Assembly: GCA_001002415.1 (NCBI GenBank)
Contig: LCMB01000005.1
Coordinates: 13,621 to 77,620, forward strand
Direction: 5' to 3'
Origin: Microgenomates group bacterium GW2011_GWF2_46_18
GTDB lineage: Bacteria; Patescibacteriota; Microgenomatia; UBA1400; UBA12108
Length of the DNA: 64,000 nt
In this document: positions 36,492 through 47,227 of the stretch, in pieces
How the letters are laid out: each line of letters begins with the position of its first letter
How positions within the stretch are numbered: position 1 is the stretch's first letter
Notes under the pieces: generated by a model
The model's database searches: none
What the model was told of the DNA's origin: nothing
Seen by the model: the letters and a program-made list of their open reading frames with translations, nothing else
Position numbers and translations under genes: made by a program

Positions 36492-38828
36492 ATGAAGCTC
36501 TTGCGTGCTCTTTTCCTTCTATTGCCCCTCTTTGCTCTTGTCCTATCTACTCCCCCAACCCTCCTCGCTCTCGAACCCACCCTCCCCTTTTCGATAGAAG
36601 GTAATCCCAGCGACGACTATCAACTTCAATCATTTTTCCCCCTCCTCCGTTTTATCAAACCCTCCAAACTGATTGTTTTCGAAAATCAAGATGCCGATCG
36701 CTCCTACAAAAGTAAGTGCGGCGAAACCCGCCAACCTACTTGTACTCAAACCAATCCTACCTGTACCCTTACCACCAATTTCTGCGAAGGCGGGTCCTCT
36801 ACTACCCAGGGGGAGTGTCTTGGACTCGATCCCCAAGATCCCGCTTCCGTTGGCACCTGCTCCTATCCCCAAAAAAATCCCGTCATCTCTGTCGACCCTA
36901 AAGGTACCGACTTCTCCCGCGACTCTTCTGTCCTTACCGACACTCCCACAGCTGACACCCTCCTCACCTACCCCAAATATCAAAACGAGGCCTTGCGCTA
37001 TCAAAATCCGGGTACTAATAACCTTTTAACTCACGGTTCTCACAATCTCACTCTTACTCGCTGTGACCGCGCCGCCCGCCAACTGATGGTAGCCTACCAA
37101 GCCGCCGAAACCAAAGCTACGGTTCAAAAAGGTGACTGGCCGTTGGGTTGGGTCGATTGGGGCTACACTACTCGCGTCAAAGGTAAAACCCTCCTTGAAG
37201 TCTGGAATACTGTTAACGGAGCTGGTATGGGTGGCATCGCCCAAGGCCTCGTGGCCGCTCAAGACGCCTTTTTCTTTTCTCTTGGCACCGACCAAACTGT
37301 TACATTACCAGATACCGGAGCCCTCAAAGCCCAACTCTGCAGCCGGCTTAACGTCGAATCAAACTCCGACTGGGCCACCGAGCTTGAAGCCCTTCCTCTT
37401 TATCCCCCCTCTTTCCGCCAGGGATATGCCCGCACCTCCATCTGTGTTTATTCTATCTGCCTCCCCAGTGAAAACAGTAATGATGGTCAGGGTCTCTACG
37501 CCGATACTAGTATTCATGCCGCTTACGCCGCCGCCATCTATGATCTTTTGCAAAACTTCCCGCTCAATAGTGCTCTCGACCACCTCAATACTCTTGCCAA
37601 AGATAACCCGCTCATACGTTTTAGTTTAAATAGCAAAGTTGCCGCCACCCCTCCCCAAATTGCCAAAGTTTTGACCCCCCAATCCAAACTCAAAAACTTC
37701 TCTCTTAGTACCCTGGGTCATGTTTACGATTATCAAGACCTCATGGCTGAATATGGCTATACTCTCCAGCCCGAGCTGAGTCAGGAAGAGGGCGGAGCCA
37801 TGAATGCCAGTTTAACCTCTCAAATTATTAACTTTGCTTATGGGATTGTTGACGCCGCCGCCCCGGTCACCAATCACATATTAACTATTCCCGAACCTCT
37901 TGGCCAAGCCATCTTTCAATTGCAGCAGCCGGTTTATCAATCCCGTGACCCCGCTTATGCTATCGCAGATAACTACGAAGAAACTCTCTCCAATGTGGTG
38001 GATGGGGGAAGCACTCTCCTCTACGCTAGCAAGGGTTTAGGAGCGGGTGATGCCCGCCGCCGCCTCGCCCACTTCACCTGCCAAGAACCCGAGTATTCTT
38101 CTCCCCAAGAAATCGAGAGTATCAAAGCCTACGCCCTCGGCACCCGTGCCGGCTGTTTCGCCGACGAAACCCCTATTAATGGTCAATGTGATCCCACTCT
38201 GTTTGCCCAGATTCTTCAAGCTGGTGGTTATTCTGTCCCTTCCGCTCCGCTTGCCAAAGCTGAATCTGTCTACGCCATGTATGAATCCAAGCTTACCCCC
38301 GAACTTATGGAAGTTTACGGCGTCGCTTCCGCCGAAACCGGCGTTCCTTGTGAAGTTTTGGCTGGTATTCACTACGTTGAAGCTCTCCTCGATCCCCAGA
38401 AATCCCTTGTATCCGGTCGACCCCTTGGTACTGCCGAACCTGACGCTGGCGGCCAGGTTTTTAAAACCCTCGAAGAAACCGCTATTTGGGCCGGCAACCA
38501 TCTTACCGGCAAGGTTGGCGGCAAAATTGGGAACGTTGAACAATTAATTACCGCCCTCTCTCGCTACAATGGCGGTGGGAACAGCAACTGCCAACCCGGC
38601 TATCCCTATCCAATCCCCTATTCCGGTGGTTGTCCTCCCCTCTTTGAGGGCGAAGATGATATTTACCCCATGAGTTGGCTCGACGACAAACACAGTAGTA
38701 TGTACTTGCTCTATTGTGATGATCATTTAGCTTGCGCTCCCACTCCCTACGATAGTCCCGGGGCCTTTACTTTTGCTCTCTCTGTTTATAATCATCTTAC
38801 CAATTCTCAATCTGGAGCCACCCCATGA
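36492..38828 (+). CDS. Large exported Cys-rich protein with a C-terminal lysozyme/transglycosylase-like domain (VirB1-like)
   Basis: Signal peptide; ETGVPCEVLAGIHYVE...ALSRYNGG resembles SLT/lysozyme-fold motifs. Confidence 0.6.
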   Translation: MKLLRALFLLLPLFALVLSTPPTLLALEPTLPFSIEGNPSDDYQLQSFFPLLRFIKPSKLIVFENQDADRSYKSKCGETRQPTCTQTNPTCTLTTNFCEGGSSTTQGECLGLDPQDPASVGTCSYPQKNPVISVDPKGTDFSRDSSVLTDTPTADTLLTYPKYQNEALRYQNPGTNNLLTHGSHNLTLTRCDRAARQLMVAYQAAETKATVQKGDWPLGWVDWGYTTRVKGKTLLEVWNTVNGAGMGGIAQGLVAAQDAFFFSLGTDQTVTLPDTGALKAQLCSRLNVESNSDWATELEALPLYPPSFRQGYARTSICVYSICLPSENSNDGQGLYADTSIHAAYAAAIYDLLQNFPLNSALDHLNTLAKDNPLIRFSLNSKVAATPPQIAKVLTPQSKLKNFSLSTLGHVYDYQDLMAEYGYTLQPELSQEEGGAMNASLTSQIINFAYGIVDAAAPVTNHILTIPEPLGQAIFQLQQPVYQSRDPAYAIADNYEETLSNVVDGGSTLLYASKGLGAGDARRRLAHFTCQEPEYSSPQEIESIKAYALGTRAGCFADETPINGQCDPTLFAQILQAGGYSVPSAPLAKAESVYAMYESKLTPELMEVYGVASAETGVPCEVLAGIHYVEALLDPQKSLVSGRPLGTAEPDAGGQVFKTLEETAIWAGNHLTGKVGGKIGNVEQLITALSRYNGGGNSNCQPGYPYPIPYSGGCPPLFEGEDDIYPMSWLDDKHSSMYLLYCDDHLACAPTPYDSPGAFTFALSVYNHLTNSQSGATP

Positions 38829-39346
38829 ATCTCTCACTTCTACAAAACAAACACATTCGATTAGCCCTTGGTATCAGTGTTGGTTTTCTTATTCTTATTC
38901 TTTTACTCTCTCCCCACGCCTCCAATCCTCAAATTGTTCCCCCCCCTCTGCCATCTCCCTTCCGTCCCGAACTTCAATCCCTTTCCTCCACCCAGCGTTC
39001 AACTGTCGCCGCCTACCGCGCCACCATTACCGATAAATTACCAATTTATCAGGACAATATCTCAACCAGTGTCAAACTCAAAACTACGCTTAATCTCTAT
39101 ATTCTCCCCTCAGACCCAGCCGAAACTGTTCGCTTTGAGATATATGGAGTTTCCTACCTCAATCGTGACAGTACCGAGTTTACCAATCCCAATCTTACTG
39201 CCTTCAAAGAAACTTTTCAGAAAGGTCTCGCCCTCCTTCGTGAGCAGGGTATTGATCCTACCCAACTGATCTTTATCTACGGTGACAAAGCTTACGTGCG
39301 AGAAACTGCCGAATTTTGGATCAAAAACTATCAACTCCTTCCCTAA
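38825..39346 (+). CDS. Membrane-anchored hypothetical protein
   Basis: N-terminal TM segment; ATGA coupling with the upstream gene. Confidence 0.75.
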   Translation: MNLSLLQNKHIRLALGISVGFLILILLLSPHASNPQIVPPPLPSPFRPELQSLSSTQRSTVAAYRATITDKLPIYQDNISTSVKLKTTLNLYILPSDPAETVRFEIYGVSYLNRDSTEFTNPNLTAFKETFQKGLALLREQGIDPTQLIFIYGDKAYVRETAEFWIKNYQLLP

Positions 39347-39370
39347 CTATATGCTAAAATTCCTTTGCTT

Positions 39371-40897
39371 ATGAAAAAGTTGTTTGCTCTGATCTTACTG
39401 GCATCTAGCATCTGGTATCTAGCATCTTACCCTCCCGTCGTTCATGCCCAAGAAACCCCCGCTTCCGGTCAAGCTGGTTTTATCGAATACTTAAGTGGCG
39501 CCATCGCCATTCAAATTACCGGTGCCAAAACTGATGCTGGGACCAGTAATCAATTCCAGGAAATCTCCTCTTCCTCCCCCATGAGTTTGGCTCCCTACCT
39601 AGCCGGCCGTCTCGGCGCTGACGGCCAAAAAACTGGTTTTCTCCCCCTGGGTGGGAAAGTAATCGCCAATCTCTTCGAACTCCCCTCCAGCCGCGAATAT
39701 ATGGCCGACATTCTCGACAATATGGGTCTCCCGACCGTCAACCGTGCCTACGCCCAAGGTACTGGCTACACCGCCATGTCTCCCTTCCTCCCCTTCTGGA
39801 AAGTTTTTCGTAATCTAGCTTATTCGCTTTACATCATCATGTTTGTCGTAGTCGGCATCATGATCATGCTCAGAACCAAAGTTAATGCCCAAACCATCAT
39901 CACTATCCAATCCGCGCTCCCCAATCTCCTAATTACTCTCATCCTGATTACCTTTAGCTACGCCATTGTTGGTTTTATGATCGACCTCATGTATTTCATC
40001 ATCTATTTCTTGGTCTACTTGATGGGCACCGTCGGGATCATCGGCACGCCCCTAAAGGCCATTGACCGCCTTATGTCCTACTCTGCCTGGGGAGTTATTT
40101 TCGAAGGGAGAAATAGTATTATTTCCGCTGTTTCCCTGGCTATTGGCGATGTTTTATCAGGCCTCGGTACTGGCGGATTCGAAGTTCTCGGAACTCTCAT
40201 TTCTTGGATTACCCCCATGTACTTGGTGGTTGCCCTCACCTTTGCCATAGCCATGGTTAAACTTCTGGTTGTCCTCCTCAAATCCTATGTCATGATCATC
40301 GTCCAGCTCGTCACTTCCCCTCTCCAACTGTTACTAAACGCTCTCCCCGGAAGCAAAGCCTTCTCCGGCTGGCTCAAGAAAACCGCCAGTTACTTGATCC
40401 CCTTCCCGGTTGCCGCCGCCATGTTTATCTTTTCCGCCATTTTAGTTGGCGATCCCACCCAAGCCACTATTTTCAAAGACGTCTTCAACAATGGTAGTGC
40501 CAACCCCTTTGGTATCAACCAATCTCACGAGTTTTACTCAACCAGTGGTGAAAAACTTTGGATGCCGCCTTTTACTTTAACCGGCAGTGTTGATATGAAC
40601 ACTCAGGACATCATGGTCCTATTGGGCTTCATCGTCTTCCTCATGACCCCTGCTGCCGTCAAGATGGCCCAAGACTGGCTCCAGGTCAAAGAGTCTCCCT
40701 ACACCTCCGAAGCATTTGGTACCCTAGGAGTTGGTGTTCAAGTTGGTAGTTGGCCTCTCAAAACCGCCATCGGCTCATACGAACGCCAAGCTCAATATCG
40801 TCAACAAGCCAAGATTTTTGGTAATGCTCAATATAATCAACCCGGGACAACACCATCTGCACAACCTATAGGGAGTAAAGAACCAAAAACAAACTAA
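39371..40897 (+). CDS. Polytopic membrane protein, VirB6/TrbL-like
   Basis: Signal peptide, many TM segments, WKVFRNLAY, LITFSYAIVGFMIDL and SPL...PG; located in the T4SS-like locus. Confidence 0.6.
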   Translation: MKKLFALILLASSIWYLASYPPVVHAQETPASGQAGFIEYLSGAIAIQITGAKTDAGTSNQFQEISSSSPMSLAPYLAGRLGADGQKTGFLPLGGKVIANLFELPSSREYMADILDNMGLPTVNRAYAQGTGYTAMSPFLPFWKVFRNLAYSLYIIMFVVVGIMIMLRTKVNAQTIITIQSALPNLLITLILITFSYAIVGFMIDLMYFIIYFLVYLMGTVGIIGTPLKAIDRLMSYSAWGVIFEGRNSIISAVSLAIGDVLSGLGTGGFEVLGTLISWITPMYLVVALTFAIAMVKLLVVLLKSYVMIIVQLVTSPLQLLLNALPGSKAFSGWLKKTASYLIPFPVAAAMFIFSAILVGDPTQATIFKDVFNNGSANPFGINQSHEFYSTSGEKLWMPPFTLTGSVDMNTQDIMVLLGFIVFLMTPAAVKMAQDWLQVKESPYTSEAFGTLGVGVQVGSWPLKTAIGSYERQAQYRQQAKIFGNAQYNQPGTTPSAQPIGSKEPKTN

Positions 40898-43800
40898 GAA
40901 AATATTTGTTTAAATATCGCACTAATCACCTTTTTTCCTTCTTCCCATCCTACCTCTAGTAATATCCACGGGTCATCCAAATATACCCATCTCTTCAACC
41001 ACCTATAAGCCAATGCTGCATTCCTATTCTTCTTAAAAATACCCCCGTATTTACTATTTAAAAATTCTTCTGCTGAGTCTCGATCTAAAGTTCCTGTTCC
41101 AACCATGGAATATACCGCATATTCTATGTCCCTTTCTCTTCTAGATCTCCTCATTCTGGACTTCCCCAATAAACTATCCCCACGCAACTTAATGGTATCT
41201 TTCTTCCCAACCCAATATCCATTTTCATCCGTCATTATTTCCTTGTTGGGCAACATCTCTCCATCCATATTCCCATCCACCATTTTCCCATTAGGTCCCA
41301 TCTTTTCTTTCATTTTTGGCACTTCTACCGACCATTTCCTATCGTCCCAGCTATACATCACTTCCATTTCCTTAATCATGAATCGCCTAAGTCCGCTTGT
41401 ATCGTAGGGCAAATATCCCTCCATTGTCCCAAAAATCTTTGCGATAGCTTCTGTGGCTCCTCCACCAAAACCAGATTTAAAGATATCTACCACTTGACCA
41501 CTCTTCAAAAAGTACCCGCCGTAATCCATTAAATCAGTTCCTCTAAGTTTTTCCGTCGCCGACAATCTTCCAAAAGAAAAGTGCTCAATAAAAGCTTCAA
41601 ACGTATCTCCTATACTTTCAACCCCCAGCTCTTTCGCATACTCCGCATTTACACTTTTCCAATCTACTTGGTCAATCATTGCTCGCTCGCTCGCAGTAAA
41701 TAAATTACTTGACCATTTCCTATGTAGTATCTTAATCTGTTCTTTGTACTGTGGATTATTAATATCCACTTCATTCCCCAACAGTTTCTGTCTTCGAACA
41801 TATTCCGCTTCAGCCTCGCCAAGCGATAAACTGGTTTTCGATAGCAATCGCACGTCCTCAATTGGCAAGTAATTTGTCCTAAACTCTTCTCCTCTCAAAG
41901 TTCTCCGCCTTTTAATATGATCATTAATCAGCTGTGCAACTGCCTCCCCGTCTCCCCCCTTATTCTCAAACAATGTCTTCATCCCAGACCCAACCATATC
42001 TTTATAGTTCTCAATCTCATAAATCATGTTATCCATGCTTAACGCCTCAAACATCCAAGTCGGTATAAACCCATACTCTTCTGCATATCTCCTAATTTTC
42101 CAGGTTGTTAGCAAGGCTTTATTCAAACCTACTGCGCCAGAAATTGAAACATCATCTAACACATTTGCACATCTACCATCCAACCTCCAGATATCATGGG
42201 CAATCCCCGCCATATACCTTCCATTCATAACTAAACTTTCCAAGCTCATTTCATCTCCATCAACAATTAATCTGTCGTCCAAGCCAGCTACTCTTTTCCC
42301 AGTTACTATATTAATTACATCCTTCCCTCTAATCTGGCAGGTCTCACTTTCACTCCCATACAGTAAGGTCACCAACATATCGTCATAAACTTTTTCTTCA
42401 TCAAAATGATTAGTGCTTCCCTTCTTATCTCCATAAATTAATCGATGTGACCAAACAGATGATTGAAGTAGATCATCATACTTAATTACCCCCAATTCAT
42501 TTAGTTGAGTACCATCCTCCCTGGCTACTCTGACATTCAGCTTGTTTGCCCATTTATTTTTAAATACTTGTAATGGCTCAACTCCCCAGGAATTAAGGAT
42601 TTTTGCATATCCCTCTCTGTCTAATTGATAATAGGCTTCATGAAATATTGCGGTTTTTTCAAAAGCTTTATAAATATCCAGTAAATCACTTCTTCCCACA
42701 TCAGCCAACTGAGTTCTCGCCTCACGCATTAAAATTTGTAACTGGAAATCTTGTTGTCCTTCTCTTAACCCCACTTTATATAAATATGACATTAGATATT
42801 TTAAATATCCCTCATAATCACCGCGCCCTAGTTTTTCTTCCAAAATCGTATAGTGTTCATTCCCAAACATTTCTACAGCGCCAGCGTACAAATACCTATA
42901 ATCGTTCTCTGTTAGATCAGGATAGATGTGCTTCAATTCATTTATAAATTCTTCGCCAAATTGTTCCCGATGTGCCTCGCCAACTATTTTACGCTTACTA
43001 AAATCTCGTTTTTTCTCACTGAATATCCTACTTACCCTTCCCATATCCACGTCCTTCTTCTCTAATTCTTCTATTGGGTTGGGTCCTCTCGAAGCGAGCT
43101 TTCGTCGGCGACGATGTCCTGTCAATGTTCCCTCTGGACTCAAAAAATCGTCTTCCACAAATTCATAGCCATCCCCATCTTGTTCAACTCTCACTTCTCT
43201 CGACCTTTCTTCTCTTACTCCGCGAATACTATTTAGCCCCATTTGTACTTCATTCTCAATCAGTCCCACTACTTCATCCGGAGTCAAATCTTTCCTCTTA
43301 CTAGTCCACACCCTAATAACCCCTAACGTTGCTTGTCCACGCAATTGTAATTCGAGCAAGTCTTTTTGTGTTCCTTCGGCAACTTGTTTTATGGCTCTTT
43401 GAACAATTTTTTCAGTTAGTTCATCTGCATAAATAAGTCCCGCCCTAATAGTAAACTCATCGGCAGCCTCTATTCCGCTTATCCCATGCCCAAACCGCAA
43501 TCTTTGCCGATTCATATTTTTTGCTTCTAACAATCCTTTTGCTAAATGAACCTCATTTGATTGTTCCAATTGATCACCGGTAAAATCTCGTTTCAACTCC
43601 TCAATAAATTTATCAGCAGAGTCTTGGTGTTCTTCTGTTCCCCTTGTTACTTTCAATACCCTTTTATCATCTTCTCTCTTTTGCTTAAAATCTTCCTTTT
43701 CTAATAATGTTGCTTTTGCCTTTTCTTTTTCCTTTCTACTCTTGGTCTTGGCAATCCCCTCAATTTCCTCTCGTTGCTTGCTAATTTGAATTCTATCTCT

Positions 43801-44349
43801 TAATTCATGTAGTCTCCCCACTTCTTGACCAACCGTTCGGTCAATTTTGTCTCTCTCAACTCCTAGCTCAACACCAACTTCTTGAGCAATTGTCCTCAAA
43901 TCAACCAAGCACTCGTCAATCTCTTCTTCCTTAATTGATTTAGACCCTCTCTCCCGTAAACCACCAATGCGACCATCTATTTGCTTGCCTCTATCAAGAA
44001 TTCTACTGCTATTTATCCCTGCTTTATGTAATGTTTCTTCCAATGTAACTTCTTTGTGAAAGGTTGCTTGGTCAACCTCAATAATATCTCTGTATAATTT
44101 ATTAATCTCAGTTTCTGCCTTTATCTTTTCTTCTCCCTTACCAGACAACCTAGCCTCTAACTCACTCAGGTTTTTTTGATCAACCTGATCCACTCCCAGC
44201 TTCGATTTAAGCAGTCGTAATTTAAATAAAGTAGCAAACTGTTCTAAAAATCCTAACGGTGAGTCTTTTGATTCCTTTGCCTGTCTATCAACTTCCTTTG
44301 TTCCTCCTTTTTCAGGTCTCGCAGAAGAATGAGCTTCTTTTTTTGTCAT
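40894..44349 (-). CDS. Large (1151 aa) charged, predicted helical hypothetical protein
   Basis: Long E/K/R-rich ORF with no signal peptide or TM segment. Start MTKKEA has TAAAAT 7 nt upstream. Confidence 0.85.
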   Translation of the reverse strand: MTKKEAHSSARPEKGGTKEVDRQAKESKDSPLGFLEQFATLFKLRLLKSKLGVDQVDQKNLSELEARLSGKGEEKIKAETEINKLYRDIIEVDQATFHKEVTLEETLHKAGINSSRILDRGKQIDGRIGGLRERGSKSIKEEEIDECLVDLRTIAQEVGVELGVERDKIDRTVGQEVGRLHELRDRIQISKQREEIEGIAKTKSRKEKEKAKATLLEKEDFKQKREDDKRVLKVTRGTEEHQDSADKFIEELKRDFTGDQLEQSNEVHLAKGLLEAKNMNRQRLRFGHGISGIEAADEFTIRAGLIYADELTEKIVQRAIKQVAEGTQKDLLELQLRGQATLGVIRVWTSKRKDLTPDEVVGLIENEVQMGLNSIRGVREERSREVRVEQDGDGYEFVEDDFLSPEGTLTGHRRRRKLASRGPNPIEELEKKDVDMGRVSRIFSEKKRDFSKRKIVGEAHREQFGEEFINELKHIYPDLTENDYRYLYAGAVEMFGNEHYTILEEKLGRGDYEGYLKYLMSYLYKVGLREGQQDFQLQILMREARTQLADVGRSDLLDIYKAFEKTAIFHEAYYQLDREGYAKILNSWGVEPLQVFKNKWANKLNVRVAREDGTQLNELGVIKYDDLLQSSVWSHRLIYGDKKGSTNHFDEEKVYDDMLVTLLYGSESETCQIRGKDVINIVTGKRVAGLDDRLIVDGDEMSLESLVMNGRYMAGIAHDIWRLDGRCANVLDDVSISGAVGLNKALLTTWKIRRYAEEYGFIPTWMFEALSMDNMIYEIENYKDMVGSGMKTLFENKGGDGEAVAQLINDHIKRRRTLRGEEFRTNYLPIEDVRLLSKTSLSLGEAEAEYVRRQKLLGNEVDINNPQYKEQIKILHRKWSSNLFTASERAMIDQVDWKSVNAEYAKELGVESIGDTFEAFIEHFSFGRLSATEKLRGTDLMDYGGYFLKSGQVVDIFKSGFGGGATEAIAKIFGTMEGYLPYDTSGLRRFMIKEMEVMYSWDDRKWSVEVPKMKEKMGPNGKMVDGNMDGEMLPNKEIMTDENGYWVGKKDTIKLRGDSLLGKSRMRRSRRERDIEYAVYSMVGTGTLDRDSAEEFLNSKYGGIFKKNRNAALAYRWLKRWVYLDDPWILLEVGWEEGKKVISAIFKQIFS

Positions 44350-44398
44350 ACCCTCAATTTTACCACACCAGGGTCGATTCAACTGGTAGAATAACCTC

Positions 44399-47218
44399 AT
44401 GGCCATCGCTCCCGCAGTCACCCAGCAAATCCTCTCCCACCTCGAACAGGACCGCGCCAGTAACTACTATCGCCTCCAGTATTACCTCAAATCCATTTTG
44501 AACCGTCGCGCTGTTGATATTGTTCTCGATAATCAAACCACCATCTCTCTTTCCCCCCAGGAAGCCTGGGACATTATCGCTCCTTGGGCAGCTTCCGCCG
44601 AAGTCGGTCTCCCTGTTGAAAAACGAGGAAGTCTCAAAACCATGGCAGGCAGGCTCCTTAGCTATATCGAAATCAATATTGTCGAAGCCAGTGCCGCAGC
44701 CGCCGCCTCCTACTACTCCCATCTCGAGCAAGCTCAAAACCCTCTCCCAATTATCAGTCCCACCACCCCCGAACTAGATAGCTACACCAAAGCCGCCGCT
44801 CTTCGTCAACAATTGTTCTCGGCTGTAAACACCAAATTCCTGGGTGGACTAACTACCAAGCTCGAGCAAACCCGTTATCTCCAGCGGATCCCCGATGTCC
44901 GCACCCGCTCTCTAGTTGCGGCCTTCCTAGCCGGTAACTCCGCCTCCCTCCGCTCTTATACCCTCGACAAAACAGACACTTCTGACCTGCCTACCCGTCT
45001 TAATCAGCTCTTGCTTGCCCGGGCTGGCGACCAGCACGTCAACGAGGCCATCCATCTCGCCTACTCCGCCGAAGTTGAGCCCGAACTAAAAGAAATTTCC
45101 GAAACCATAAACACTCACATTACCCAAGTCTATGGTACCGACAACACTACCTTCCTTGCCGACCAAGCCTCTCTCCGTACACTCTCCGCTCTCTCTCCCA
45201 CTCTCGACGATATTGGGGTTCTCGTTCAACATCTCTCTCCTCATGCCACTCCCGCCGAGCAATCTGCCCTAACCCAAGCTCTTCGCTCCCAAATCGTCTC
45301 TTCCGCACGCGCTCAGCACCAGTCAGGCCAAACCCTGCTGACCCGAGCCTTCCGCCAGGCCGGTCTCGCTGGCGACCCCACCGCTCTTTCTTCTCTCTCT
45401 CCCATCCTCGAAGAATTGGTTGTTTCCACTCGTCAGGGACTCTTGGACACTCAGGTATTTGACCGCGATCCCCGCCTCCTTGCTACCTATTCGCTTGCCG
45501 CCCAAACTGGCGTCAGCCCCACCATCCCCTGGCTTAAACCCAAAGATTTGCAGGCGGTTCAAACCAAGCTTCTTTCTGGCACCAACTTTACCGATCCCCA
45601 AGCCGCTCTGACTGCCGAACTAGGGAGTGCTACACCCAATTTAACTCGGGTTAGCGAACTCAAGAATTTTCTCAGCCTCAAAAATCAACACCGTGATTAT
45701 CAAGCTCGTCTTTCCGATAGTCCGCTTCTTGCCACCCAGGATTTGCTGGCCCGAACTTCTGGCAACTGGACTGCCTTCCGTCAACCCGCCGACCGAATCA
45801 TGCGCAAAGTCTGGCGCGGTATCGACAAGGTTGATGATGTGCTCAACTGGCCTACCCGCAAACTCTCCGAGGAAATTGACAAGCTGGTCGACAAAACAAC
45901 TATTACCGTCAAACTTAGAAATGGCAAAAAACTCGCTATCCCCCTTCTTAGCCCCGTCAATTTTGTTTACAACCAATGGACCAATCTTCAAAAAGGTCTG
46001 GCTCTCCGGGTCTTCCGCTGGTCTCACAAACTTGCTTTGAGTGGCAAGTGGTACTCGGCCCCCCTTCGCCAAGTAGCCGACTTTTCCCGGGCTTTCTTCA
46101 AGGCTGATGCCAACTGGGGCCATGCCAGCTTCCTTTTCGTCGAGCGCAAATGGGGCAATCTTTTAAACTGGACAGCTAAAAAGGTCTTCAAACAAGAAGC
46201 TTTTACCGCCCTCAAAGCCAGTATCGGTGCTTCGATCAAAACTTTTGCCATGAAAATTGCTCCAGCCTTAACCTCCAAGGTCCTAGCCATCGTCGCAGAC
46301 CTGGGTCTTTCGGCAACTGGGGTTGGTCTCATTCTGGTAGGCGCGCAAATCCTCTGGGAAGCGGGCAAATTCCTCTTCCACAAACTTCGCGATTTTATTA
46401 CCAATGCCGGCGGCTTCCGCGACAAGGTTCTCAACTGGCTGCCTATCGCCGTTGGTGCCGCCGCTTCTTGGCTAATCGCCCTTCCCGCCATTGTTTTAGG
46501 CGCCGCCGCCGCCTTCTTAAGCGGAGCTTTAGCTGCCCTCGCCGCTCTTTTTACTTCCCTCGCCCCCCTTTTTATCCTGGCTCTTGCCCTTGCCGGCGGA
46601 CTCCTGGCTGGCACTGCCCTCCTCTACCAAATTTCCATCAAAACTATCCCAGATTTGGATTCCAAAGCTGCTCAAATCTTTTCTTCTCTCGTGTGTGATC
46701 AAAGTGGACAGTCTGGTTCTTCCCCCATAGCCAATTGTGCTTCTTGTCTTGTAGAGTACCTTACAGATTGTTATAGTCAAGAAGTCACTGATTCCGATTT
46801 TGCTACCACTGGCATTGGTTGTCTCATCGCCAAAAGTATTGCTCCCGATGTTGCTTCCATCATTGAACAGTCAGCTACCAAATATACCTATCTTCAATGT
46901 GTTGGTTTTGCCCAAGCTTCCGTCGCCTGTGGCGGTGGTTCGTTAGCCGGGAACAATGCTTGCGGATACATCAATAATGCCCCCTCTGGTTGGACCTATG
47001 TCAAAGGTACCGCCGGGGCCAAATCTGGGAATCTGTGTATGATCGCCAGTAGTGGCACTTGTAGTGACGGAGCTCCTGGCCACATTTTTGTAGTTGGCCA
47101 AGAAGATTGTGGAGCTCTCATTTGTGCTATCGATGCTAATAAGGTTTGTGCCGGCTGTGTTAGTGCCGAAACTAGAATCCCTGCCGGAGAAGTTGCGGGT
47201 TGTCTTACACCCAACTAA
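44399..47218 (+). CDS. Large membrane protein with a C-terminal CHAP-like peptidoglycan amidase domain
   Basis: Long helical N-terminus and an Ala/Leu-rich TM stretch, then LQCVGFA...PGHIFVV...IDAN (Cys-His-Asp arrangement). Confidence 0.62.
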   Translation: MAIAPAVTQQILSHLEQDRASNYYRLQYYLKSILNRRAVDIVLDNQTTISLSPQEAWDIIAPWAASAEVGLPVEKRGSLKTMAGRLLSYIEINIVEASAAAAASYYSHLEQAQNPLPIISPTTPELDSYTKAAALRQQLFSAVNTKFLGGLTTKLEQTRYLQRIPDVRTRSLVAAFLAGNSASLRSYTLDKTDTSDLPTRLNQLLLARAGDQHVNEAIHLAYSAEVEPELKEISETINTHITQVYGTDNTTFLADQASLRTLSALSPTLDDIGVLVQHLSPHATPAEQSALTQALRSQIVSSARAQHQSGQTLLTRAFRQAGLAGDPTALSSLSPILEELVVSTRQGLLDTQVFDRDPRLLATYSLAAQTGVSPTIPWLKPKDLQAVQTKLLSGTNFTDPQAALTAELGSATPNLTRVSELKNFLSLKNQHRDYQARLSDSPLLATQDLLARTSGNWTAFRQPADRIMRKVWRGIDKVDDVLNWPTRKLSEEIDKLVDKTTITVKLRNGKKLAIPLLSPVNFVYNQWTNLQKGLALRVFRWSHKLALSGKWYSAPLRQVADFSRAFFKADANWGHASFLFVERKWGNLLNWTAKKVFKQEAFTALKASIGASIKTFAMKIAPALTSKVLAIVADLGLSATGVGLILVGAQILWEAGKFLFHKLRDFITNAGGFRDKVLNWLPIAVGAAASWLIALPAIVLGAAAAFLSGALAALAALFTSLAPLFILALALAGGLLAGTALLYQISIKTIPDLDSKAAQIFSSLVCDQSGQSGSSPIANCASCLVEYLTDCYSQEVTDSDFATTGIGCLIAKSIAPDVASIIEQSATKYTYLQCVGFAQASVACGGGSLAGNNACGYINNAPSGWTYVKGTAGAKSGNLCMIASSGTCSDGAPGHIFVVGQEDCGALICAIDANKVCAGCVSAETRIPAGEVAGCLTPN

Positions 47219-47227
47219 AATGAATCT

